A stretch of 64,000 bases of DNA from assembly GCA_015680685.1 (NCBI GenBank), contig MNCI01000967.1:534521-598520 (forward strand), written 5' to 3'. Shown here piece by piece: positions 52,801-61,404 of the stretch. Below the pieces are notes generated by a model that saw only the letters and a program-made list of their open reading frames with translations, was not told where the DNA came from and did not search any database. The stretch's first letter is position 1. Every line of letters begins with the position of its first letter. A program made the translations under genes and the position numbers. Source of the DNA: Gnetum montanum. Its lineage: Eukaryota; Plantae; Gnetophyta.

Positions 52801-53550
52801 ATGATTTTGATGAAATATCCCTTTTGTTCCAACTTTTCTTGGAAGATGCAAAACACAGCTATATATTTATGGGTAGAGAAGCATGAGTGAATTGATTATT
52901 TACCATACTTTCATTTTGTAGAATAATTGATCTATTTATGCATAGGTCATATATGTGTCCAAACAAAATAGAAAAGAGAAAAAAAAAATGGCTTAGAGTG
53001 ACACAAATAATCTGTCAGCGCTTGTTTCTGTTGAACTGTTAGACTATTTGCTTATAGTTCAAGACAAAAAGAAAATCTTCACATGAAATTAAGATTTAAC
53101 AGCCAAAATGGTGATGTAAATTATAAAATTCAGAAAACCAAAAAGCCTAATTTAAGATAGAACAGCCAAAACTTTAATGTTCAAAAAACTAATGAAAAAA
53201 TGTGGAACCTTCAGAAGTTCAAGCGTATCCGTGGCCATCCGGCCCTTGCTAGGAAGGCCCAGGCGAACAACCTCACGTTCTTGTTCAAGCAATGATGTTC
53301 GTGTTGGCTTTGGTGTTGTCGCAGCAGAAACAGAAGCAACGGCACATGCAGCTCTGCTGAGTGATCTAGATGCAAAGACAGATGCAGCGGAAGAAAAAAT
53401 TTGACCAGTGCCAGCAACACACATTGTGCTGTTTTTGCATACATTAAAATTGGACTGAGAAAGACAAAAATAGTGTGCATCTGTTGAAGATGTACTGCTG
53501 GACCTGCATTGCAGCACCGCAGGAAACAAGTACTGCTGCAGCACTAACAT
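19789..53550 (-). CDS. HISN1: ATP phosphoribosyltransferase, long form, plastid-targeted; spliced gene of 11 coding exons, 430 aa
   Basis: Exons join in frame through GT..AG introns to give [67 protein letters not shown] (PRPP-binding HisG motif) and the C-terminal regulatory domain GLQGPTVCPV...[13 protein letters not shown]. Confidence 0.97.
19980..20099 (-). CDS. HISN1: HISN1 exon 10 ([40 protein letters not shown])
   Basis: AAG acceptor, GTATGT donor, 40 codons. Confidence 0.93.
20189..20269 (-). CDS. HISN1: HISN1 exon 9 ([27 protein letters not shown])
   Basis: AAG acceptor, GTATGA donor, 27 codons. Confidence 0.92.
20430..20543 (-). CDS. HISN1: HISN1 exon 8 ([38 protein letters not shown])
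   Basis: TTGTAG acceptor, GTATTG donor, 38 codons. Confidence 0.95.
21060..21416 (+). mobile_element. RTE-clade LINE 3' fragment in intron 7
   Basis: Relic VAPIDE...W..CIKKD...ALNKSKW; ends in a (GAT)n tail typical of plant RTE. Confidence 0.7.
22182..22318. repeat. About 70-bp tandem duplication
   Basis: TTTAACTCATATCCTTTTATACTTYGAAAAAGGGCAATGCGAGTACATCAACAACAAG x2. Confidence 0.9.
22697..22770 (-). mobile_element. tRNA-derived SINE-like module
   Basis: A-box TAGCTTAGTGG and B-box GGTTTGATTC; related copies at 29033-29105(+), ~29737-29790(+) and 59311-59386(-). Confidence 0.65.
22950..25670 (-). mobile_element. Decayed, internally deleted L1 LINE in intron 7
   Basis: ORF1 DUF4283-like ([26 protein letters not shown]); RT relics [40 protein letters not shown]. 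Confidence 0.85.
25873..25974 (-). CDS. HISN1: HISN1 exon 7 ([34 protein letters not shown])
   Basis: GTAG acceptor, GTATGC donor, 34 codons, PRPP-binding motif. Confidence 0.97.
26761..26844 (-). CDS. HISN1: HISN1 exon 6 ([28 protein letters not shown])
   Basis: TTGCAG acceptor, GTAAGA donor, 28 codons. Confidence 0.96.
27469..27640 (+). mobile_element. Au-like SINE
   Basis: GGGACC 5' end, GTAAGTTGCT, B-box GGTTCAAGCC, 3' CCTTCCCAAGACCC..GCAGGA; homologous to the copies at 40222 and 50891. Confidence 0.65.
27988..28095 (-). CDS. HISN1: HISN1 exon 5 ([36 protein letters not shown])
   Basis: TTGCAG acceptor, GTATAT donor, 36 codons. Confidence 0.95.
28191..28256 (-). CDS. HISN1: HISN1 exon 4 ([22 protein letters not shown])
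   Basis: ACAG acceptor, GTAAAG donor, 22 codons. Confidence 0.95.
29033..29105 (+). mobile_element. tRNA-derived SINE-like module
   Basis: TAACCTAGTGGTAA...CAGGTTCAATTC; same family as 22697-22770. Confidence 0.6.
31056..31911 (+). mobile_element. Probable solo LTR
   Basis: TG...CA ends, CTATAAATAG at ~31331, flanked by duplicated ACATACTTATGA; exact TSD register ambiguous. Confidence 0.45.
33029..38897 (-). mobile_element. Decayed Ty1/copia retrotransposon in intron 3
   Basis: LTRs 38449-38897 and ~33029-33481; Met-type PBS TGGTATTGGAGCC; gag (37696-38094), protease WYIDFGCSR, integrase [29 protein letters not shown] and FHVDD, RNase H EAEYRAL..DNQVAI; no matching TSD. Confidence 0.9.
34848..35119 (-). 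mobile_element. RTE LINE 3' fragment inserted into the copia RT
   Basis: LRWFGH motif, (GAT)n tail, about 16-bp TSD TAATAATGTAGTAATC/TAATAACGTACCAATC. Confidence 0.8.
40222..40389 (-). mobile_element. Au-like SINE with TSD
   Basis: Flanked by the direct repeat CCTTATGTAAAGCATGTAG (40203-40221, 40390-40408). Confidence 0.8.
41329..43871 (+). mobile_element. Non-autonomous gag-only copia-type LTR element
   Basis: LTRs 41329-41841 and 43282-43871, perfect TSD GACCA, degenerate Met PBS ATGATATCAAAG, gag relic with zinc knuckle CWKCDKP*H, no pol. Confidence 0.85.
44179..44292 (-). CDS. HISN1: HISN1 exon 3 ([38 protein letters not shown])
   Basis: CTGCAG acceptor, GTATGT donor, 38 codons. Confidence 0.96.
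44536..44595 (-). CDS. HISN1: HISN1 exon 2 ([20 protein letters not shown])
   Basis: TTGCAG acceptor, GTAAGT donor, 20 codons. Confidence 0.95.
44983..47996 (+). mobile_element. Deleted LTR retrotransposon (probably gypsy) in intron 1
   Basis: About 490-bp direct repeats 44983-45470 and 47510-47996; PBS TGGTATCAGAG at 45471; faint RT relics ([11 protein letters not shown]); no TSD found. Confidence 0.75.
48618..49915 (+). repeat. Tandem array of about 570-615-bp units (TRIM-like)
   Basis: Units start TGTTAACATTA at 48618, 49190 and 49805; units 2 and 3 are preceded by purine tracts GAAGGGAAC and GAAAGGGGGAG. Confidence 0.75.
49954..50055. repeat. Perfect 36-bp inverted repeat with 30-bp spacer
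   Basis: TGTGCCTTTTAAGTTCATAGCAACAGCCTTTGTGAT ... ATCACAAAGGCTGTTGCTATGAACTTAAAAGGCACA. Confidence 0.95.
50891..51070 (-). mobile_element. Au-like SINE with TSD
   Basis: Homologous to 40222-40389; TSD AATGGTTA(A/G)ACCT. Confidence 0.75.
52098..52320 (+). mobile_element. RTE LINE reverse-transcriptase fragment
   Basis: [57 protein letters not shown]; followed by an about 225-bp tandem duplication (~52255-52720). Confidence 0.85.
53209..53550 (-). CDS. HISN1: HISN1 exon 1 (Ser/Ala-rich transit peptide + [24 protein letters not shown])
   Basis: ATG at 53550; 114 codons; donor AAG|GTTCC at 53208. Confidence 0.92.
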
Positions 53551-53650
53551 TTTGAAATTTGAGTGTTGTTAAATCAGATGAGATGAGATGATGATGTTCC
53601 TTAGCAAATAAACACTTTCTTTTATTCGCTCACAAACATGCATTACTGGG

Positions 53651-53656
53651 CACGTG
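53651..53656. promoter_or_regulatory. G-box (CACGTG) about 100 bp upstream of the HISN1 ATG
   Basis: Exact motif in the proximal promoter/5' UTR region; function inferred only. Confidence 0.3.
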
Positions 53657-55799
53657 GAGCCTTGCTCCCTCTGTTTTCCGCTACAAATGATAAAACGAAA
53701 GGGCTTCCCTAACCTGGCACCAGGATTCAGTGCAGAGCATTATAGAGGTCCAAAATAATTTTTAAGCTGAAAAAAAATTGATTTTGGAATAAAAATTTTA
53801 TTTTATTAGCAAAACCATAACTCAAAACACCCAACTTGTTGATTAAGAAACCATTAATGCTTTGATACACTTAAAATTTTCATAGATGCAGCATAATTTA
53901 CTGGGTACATAAATGTTGCCTAAAAATCCAGCTGCAATAGCTACTGGAATTATAAAAAAATGAAATGCAAGAATTTTTTAAAATATAAAATTAACTTAAA
54001 CAGCTTTATACTGCATATTATAGATCATGAAGTAAAAGGGATGTTCTGTCTAAAAAGGGCAATCAGTTAACAGCCCCTTGAATGTGTTTTCAATTTATCA
54101 CTAACACCAATATACATAAGAGAAATGACACTGTTAACTATCGACCAGAGCAATTTTGAACAGCTCCGTGAAGTCTTGTTGTCTAGAAGTTGAGAATATG
54201 GCTAAGGTAGGTGGCCCACTGGAAAAGGTCGTGGAAGTGATCAAATTAGGATCAACTTTGAAAAACAATCATTTCTCCTCAGAACAATTTTACCCAACCA
54301 AAAAACAAAGCATGTTTCGCTTCACTTATCGTCTTATATCTAAGGTGATGATCTAAATAAAGAAAAATGTTAATTGATACTGTTGTCACATAGTAGGGAG
54401 GGATCCACGGATACTCAATTGTTAGATTAAGCATCTCTGAAAGGTTTGCATCAATTGAATCAATTTCAAAGTTCGTTTACAACCATATACAGAAAGATCG
54501 TAACAAGGAAATGTAGCTGAGTCATCCAAAATGATTCTTAAGCATCAATGTGAACTCCTAGCAAAAAAATAAAACGCTTTCCTTGGAGAAAACTCTACTA
54601 TGCTGATATCTAAACCATATCCACTGTTAGGTATTTAAAATCTCTAGAAAGAGAAATCACTCAGCCACTCAATTTTTTGGAACATTTTCAAACACTGAAC
54701 AGTAAAGAACCAATTTACCAGGTTGGTGGCCTTCCCTCACTTCAATGCCACATGGTTGTAAACAGTGAGCAGTAAATGTCTTGGTGTTGGTGCTCGTAAA
54801 ACAAAAGATTGTCACACGTGCATAAACTTGCAACAGATTAAACTATTGCTACTAGTGGTTATTGACTCAATGCAAAATTTTTTATTGCATTTGTAATTTT
54901 GAAATCTCTATCACTGGACTTGCAAACACAGTTATAAGGGATATGCTTCGATTTCTATCGGGTATGTGCTTATTTGTATTAAATATTCCATTCTTTAACC
55001 CTTGCTTTTCAAGAGCTGGGTTAAAGTAAAGCTCTATTATTTGTCCCTGAAACATTTTACTAAGGTAAACTGCCGTAAGTTTTAATCTCAAAATCTAAAT
55101 AGCATTACCTATATCGTAATTAAATTAATCATATCAAAAATCAACAAAATAAATGCTTATATGCCTAAGAACAAGCAAAATTAGATTTCCAAGTTGTATC
55201 CATCACTATGACATTTAACAGTGTTAGCATATTTCAGATTGGGAGCAGGAATTTTAAAAATTCTTTAAATTTAGGCATCCCTTTCAATTTTTAGTATTTA
55301 AAGGGAGCGCGCGCGCACACAAAAGCGCGATATACGATACATCAAATTTATCGAAGTTAAAACTATCGGAAGAGATGAAAACAAATTAAAACAGTCACTG
55401 GGAGAAAACAACCATTAATAAAAGTACAAAACTGAGACCATGAATGTCACAAAATGGAAAATATGCCCCACAACTGACAAAATGGGACCAAGTTGGAGAT
55501 TAAAACGAACCAAGCTCGGAAATGGGAAAAACGTTGGAGATTAAAACGAACCAAGCTCGGTTTTCATCATTGTTACCACTTTGATGGGCTTTAAAAAAAG
55601 GAAAGGTTGCTTTCAACACGTGAAAGCAACACCCCTAATACTCTCTCCTTGAAACAATCAACCACTTCCCTACAAATTTTACACAGAAACAGATAGTTAC
55701 ACCACTGGGATCATATTACTGTATGGCAAAGATCTGTGTTTTCACTGACTCTCACATTATAAATAATAATAATAATATGCAGAATGTAAGATAGTCCAC

Positions 55800-57265
55800 A
55801 TATGATTGGTTCGTTCCGGATCAAATGTGATTCTAGCAGCACATTTACAAATTATCACGAACACATTTATTGTGTGCACTCAGAAGTAGAAAACCCAATG
55901 AATCCCCCAACAAACGAAAACAAACAACAAAAACCAGATCCTAAAACTTTCCACATACACTACCTACGCCCAACTATCAAATCGTATAAGACACACATGC
56001 AATAACAAGCAAACTTAAAACAAAAGGGGGAAAGTAACGTATTCCAGTGCCAGAAACATCGCCCAACAACGGCTCTGAACATAATATACCCAGGCAATTA
56101 AATCAAAATCTAACAGATACTACTTCCGCTTGTTCCTTAGTCAAAAAAACATTCATTCTTTCTGAGTGCGCTTATCCTTGCCAACATCTTTAGAAACCAA
56201 ATGACCCACATGTTATCGCAGGCAAAACAATCTATAGAACTTTGGCAAAAATGGTTATTTCTGCAGATGTTGAAATCGTTTCTTACCAAAGCACAAGATT
56301 TGCAGAGTGCTCAACACTTCTAAACCGATAGGAAAAACGACAATACGATACATGCACTGGTCTACATTTAGGGCTACTAAAATGATGGTTTGGTTGCTAT
56401 GGATATTGTTCGCGCCTCGTCAGAGAGAGTCTTATGAACCGTAAATAAATCGTGCCTGATCAGAAGTTACTGATACATTTTTTTTAAAGCTTCCCAACAC
56501 GTTCACATATATTCAAAATGTCAATACCAATCGCATCAAACACCACCTTAATCACATCATGCCAGCAAATAAGCAAGAATTCCATTGTAACATTTATCGC
56601 AACCCCTAAGATTGTCACAATGTTTGGAGACGTCGTTAGCACCGTTGCCACTAGAAGACGATAAAGCCAGATGCTGAAAAGAGTAGAAAACAGAAGTGGA
56701 AAATATGAAAATGGTGAAATACGATGCAAATATCATTAGATCAATGTTGTTCCTACATGCCCGACCTGATCGATCTGATCGGGCACTAGCCGTATATTTT
56801 GATTGTGCAATTATTTGACAAAATGAAACTAATCGGGATTCCGCCCGTTACACAGGGTAACTCACTCAAATCGTTCGCGACGATGCCCATCATGGAAATA
56901 GCAAGGCCACTTTTTCGGGAAAACCGGTATTCGGGACCTAATGTTCAGCTATGGGGGTAGCATTCTGGACCCGACCTATACGGACGGACTTGTTCGCGAA
57001 ACGATCCAAACGAAATAATGGCAGTCGGATGGCAGATAAGCATCTCGTACATGCCCCAGACTCGCGATTCGGGGATTTTCCTGGCAGCTCTCGACGCCAT
57101 AATACAAATTAATTAGCAATGCAAAAAAAATAAGCTGCTTATCAAAATTAATGGAATCAAGAATATTCAGCTGAGATTCAAGCTTCGCCGAGAAGGAACA
57201 ATTTCAGATTTGAAAATTATCAAGAGATTCGTCAAGCATAACCCAGATCAAGACAAGGTTATGCC
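55800..57265 (-). other. Candidate Pol II transcription unit (lncRNA, pri-miRNA or small-peptide gene)
   Basis: CCTATAAATACC at 57296-57285, ATGGCG start of a 51-aa ORF (57100-56945), GTGAGT donor 56865 and pyrimidine-rich CAG acceptor 56674, GT-rich 3' region with AATAAA (~55871), CpGs retained. Confidence 0.5.
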
Positions 57266-57286
57266 AAGAGAGCCAATGTTTCTAGG

Positions 57287-57294
57287 TATTTATA
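57287..57294 (-). promoter_or_regulatory. TATA box (TATAAATA)
   Basis: Consensus plant TATA outside any LTR, with upstream ACGT cores. Confidence 0.55.
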
Positions 57295-58289
57295 GGCACA
57301 AAGCTATGCATCAAAAGAATCCCATTCGTGGAAGCGAGGAAGATTCATGATTCTCCGAGTGTTTGGGTACGTGTGCCTCAAGAAAAAGTGGGGACGTGAT
57401 AGAGAAAATTTAAATATATTAGTTTTTTTAAAAATTAAATATCATATATCATAAAAATACATTGTAAAATATAGAACAAGTACAATGTAAATCCAAAATA
57501 TTGTTAATGCTTAAAAATTGCACAAAAGATTGCAATATCACCATTAAACCGAAGCAAGAAAATTTCCATTTCCTTACTCAGGAGCCATAATCTGGCCAAA
57601 TGTATAATATCTACAGCAATAAAATGAAACCCTTTTGTTACTCAATCCAATATTTCCAAAAATGAAATTAAGCCTCAAGTCTCAACCAAATTTATAACAA
57701 ATTAGGTTTGCTAATACCCTAGGGACTACCACCCTAGGGATTACCGGTGAGTTGCTACAATAGGGCCACATTGAAGATGACCCCATTATAAGAAGACACA
57801 ACTTAACTAAACTAGCCACTGCGTAGTCACCTTATCTACAATGATCGAAAATGTTTTAGATGCTGGAAAATCGGCACTAATCATGGTAAAGGGGAAACTG
57901 AAAACAGAGCCCATGTGGCCATGTGCTGATGGGCTTCGTTGCTTTATAAGCAAACAAATTTTAAAAAAAGTTGAACAAGCATCTACCCGTCATCATGTTC
58001 ATGACTCATGACCCATGACGATGACCCTGTTTTGTTTTTTCTCTTTTCAGCAGAGATTTAGAAAAAGAGCAAAAACCAGCAATGAACAATAAACACGAAA
58101 CACGCGTGAATGTGTGAGTCATGGCGGAACCTTTGACGCTCCCAAAGGGAGGCGAATCCACGCCCCATCCAAAACTTGATTTCCGTATGACCCAATACTT
58201 GCCCCTTCTGCCTTCGGTTACGATAGCAGCCCTTTCGTGATTTCCCTGTGTTTGTTTATTCATTTGTGCTCCCTGGTCCATCTCATGCC

Positions 58290-58489
58290 GATGCCATGAA
58301 TCTTGTTTGCTTGCTTGCCACCTAACAATGAATTGAAATTTTTGGTATGATTCAGAACAGGAGAAGATACGTAAGATTTTAATGTCGATGCCATGATGCC
58401 ATGAATCTTGATTGCTTGCTTGCGACTTAACAATGAATTGAAATTTTTGGTATGATTCAGAACAGGACAAGATACGTAAGATTTTAATG
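58290..58489. repeat. About 106-bp tandem duplication
   Basis: GATGCCATGAATCTTG...GATACGTAAGATTTTAATG x2. Confidence 0.9.
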
Positions 58490-59310
58490 CAAAATACAGA
58501 CATTGGAAGAATTAAAAAGGCAAGAACAATACGAGGCAAGGCAAGGCAGGGCGACCATTTCAATGTATATGTACAAATTCAGACAAAATTCCATTGGAAA
58601 TTATGAAATACGTACCCATTGCGAATTTAATGTGCTTCTGTGTACGCTCCCGAATCGGACCCAACAGTTCATCAAAATTTGTCCGGAATGGTGAATCTCC
58701 GGCGCATAGGCACAAAGGCTAGGATTTAGACAATTTCAAGAATAAAAAATGAATATATATTTTCTAAAAATTGGGTAACATGTATTCACAAACAAGTCCA
58801 ATGGTCAAGCAATGGGTCAAAGACAACAATAGAGTATTATAATGAGTCATGTGTCTAGAAATAGATTCCAAGCTCAAATAAAAGTATTACTGGAATAAAC
58901 CCCAAATACTTATTTAACATGACTCCTAATTATATTCTCACATTATTTCAAAACAAAATAATATAAAAATACAAATTAAATAAAATATAATAAACATTAA
59001 TAAAATACTAGCAATGGGTCACCACCATCATTCCAACCTATGATTCACAAAAGGCACCAAGCATTAGTAAATGCCAATAAATAATAATCAAGGAAAGAAA
59101 TACAAAATAATAATATTTCCAAATATGTAATAAGAGCTAGTTCCAAAGTCTAAACCTTAAGACATAATATCAAAACATAATAAAACAAGTAAGCTTAGCA
59201 AAAGTTTCAAGCATCATACATAAGTTTATAAGAAGGGTGTTGGAATCTTGAAATAATTGTAATATAGGTACACCCCAATATATATAGTTCAATTAGAACT
59301 TTATCGCTTA

Positions 59311-59386
59311 GCATTGCCAACTAGAATCAAACCCTTAACTTAGAACTTTTAAATCAAGAGTCTTACCACTAGGCTAACACCTCATT
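59311..59386 (-). mobile_element. tRNA-derived SINE-like module
   Basis: GAGGTGTTAGCCTAGTGGTAAG...GGGTTTGATTC. Confidence 0.6.
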
Positions 59387-59713
59387 GTAAACAAGGGATT
59401 AATGGTTAAAACCTCAAGATGCACAATCATAAGCATAAGCATAAGAGGAACACTAGAATGCATTAACATAACTTACTAGTAAAATACAACATATTATTAG
59501 CATGATATATTAAATATTCCTTATGCTTAAGAATAAAGCATAAGAAAACAAATAACAAAATCAAGATCCTAGGTTAGAAACATTGGGATATTACAAAACA
59601 AATAAAAATGTTGTAAAAAAATAATAATAACCTCATGTTTAGAAAATCTAACCTATCCACTAATGAAAATAGTTCAAAATCCTATTGGCCAAGCCGAAAA
59701 TAACATTAACAAG

Positions 59714-61404
59714 TGATGAAGTGTCTTTGAGTCGATGCGTATACGCGGCCGCGTCGACGCGGGCCTGTCGACGTAGCCTTCCATGCGTCGATGTGGCCTC
59801 GTTTACGCGGAGCCTATTTTGGCCTATAAATAAGAGGGCCTTCCGCCTCATTTAGGTACCTTTCAGTTAGTTGTAGNNNNNNNNNNNNNNNNNNNNNNNN
59901 NNNNNNNNNNNNNNNNNNNNNNNNNNNNNNNNNNNNNNNNNNNNNNNNNNNNNNNNNNNNNNNNNNNNNNNNNNNNNNNNNNNNNNNNNNNNNNNNNNNN
60001 NNNNNNNNNNNNNNNNNNNNNNNNNNNNNNNNNNNNNNNNNNNNNNNNNNNNNNNNNNNNNNNNNNNNNNNNNNNNNNNNNNNNNNNNNNNNNNNNNNNN
60101 NNNNNNNNNNNNNNNNNNNNNNNNNNNNNNNNNNNNNNNNNNNNNNNNNNNNNNNNNNNNNNNNNNNNNNNNNNNNNNNNNNNNNNNNNNNNNNNNNNNN
60201 NNNNNNNNNNNNNNNNNNNNNNNNNNNNNNNNNNNNNNNNNNNNNNNNNNNNNNNNNNNNNNNNNNNNNNNNNNNNNNNNNNNNTATATCTATAAATAAG
60301 AGGCAGCACTCCCTTCATTTCCCAATCCTGGCTAGAAGTAGCGAAGCTCTGGCAGTTTGAACACTCCAAAGTTAGATTAATTTCNNNNNNNNNNNNNNNN
60401 NNNNNNNNNNNNNNNNNNNNNNNNNNNNNNNNNNNNNNNNNNNNNNNNNNNNNNNNNNNNNNNNNNNNNNNNNNNNNNNNNNNNNNNNNNNNNNNNNNNN
60501 NNNNNNNNNNNNNNNNNNNNNNNNNNNNNNNNNNNNNNNNNNNNNNNNNNNNNNNNNNNNNNNNNNNNNNNNNNNNNNNNNNNNNNNNNNNNNNNNNNNN
60601 NNNNNNNNNNNNNNNNNNNNNNNNNNNNNNNNNNNNNNNNNNNNNNNNNNNNNNNNNNNNNNNNNNNNNNNNNNNNNNNNNNNNNNNNNNNNNNNNNNNN
60701 NNNNNNNNNNNNNNNNNNNNNNNNNNNNNNNNNNNNNNNNNNNNNNNNNNNNNNNNNNNNNNNNNNNNNNNNNNNNNNNNNNNNNNNNNNNNNNNNNNNN
60801 NNNNNNNNNNNNNNNNNNNNNNNNNNNNNNNNNNNNNNNNNNNNNNNNNNNNNNNNNNNNNNNNNNNNNNNNNNNNNNNNNNNNNNNNNNNNNNNNNNNN
60901 NNNNNNNNNNNNNNNNNNNNNNNNNNNNNNNNNNNNNNNNNNNNNNNNNNNNNNNNNNNNNNNNNNNNNNNNNNNNNNNNNNNNNNNNNNNNNNNNNNNN
61001 NNNNNNNNNNNNNNNNNNNNNNNNNNNNNNNNNNNNNNNNNNNNNNNNNNNNNNNNNNNNNGAACGATTAACCCCAAGTGTTTCTTGTGGTGTTAAGGCA
61101 TTTAGTCTGCGGAGTTCGACCGGATCGCGCGTGCACGCTCGTATTCGTATGGTTGAGTGTAGGGGTACCTCGCCACTCATCAATAAGTAAAAAGCTATAA
61201 AAATCATTAGCCTTAATCTCACTTAACCATCGTAAACAGAACATCACAAGTGAGATTAGGAAGACAATGACTGTTTTAACCCAAGGTTTCACTGGTTAGA
61301 GTTTGGTGTATGGTAAGTGCTTACAATCTACGGAATTTGACTGAGTCGCGTGTGAATGCCCGTGATTCGTATGGTTGGGCATAGGGGTACCTAGCTGCTA
61401 ATCA
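59714..61404 (+). mobile_element. Athila-like solo LTR with a second, younger LTR nested inside
   Basis: Outer TGATGA(59714)...TAATCA(61404) flanked by TSD ACAAG/ACAAG; inner LTR (visible 60285-60384 and 61062-61182) nearly identical to the reverse complement of 282-885. Confidence 0.8.

Noticed and set aside
56218-56248. miR399 or IPS1 target-mimic (CTTTGGCA)
   Set aside because: Only 8 nt match, and on the wrong strand for the predicted transcript
56401-56422. miR171-like sequence TGACGAGGCGCGAACAATATCC (minus strand)
   Set aside because: Several mismatches and indels, and no star arm nearby
56484-56729. ORF containing LLICWHD, resembling the DVL/RTFL C-terminus
   Set aside because: Lacks the preceding RxRxYIxRRC core and has a non-ATG start
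58006-58563. 185-aa ORF
   Set aside because: Non-ATG start, length inflated by a tandem duplication, no recognisable domain
61115-61182. Group II intron domain V/VI look-alike
   Set aside because: No catalytic triad or AC bulge in register and no upstream domains; better explained as LTR U5
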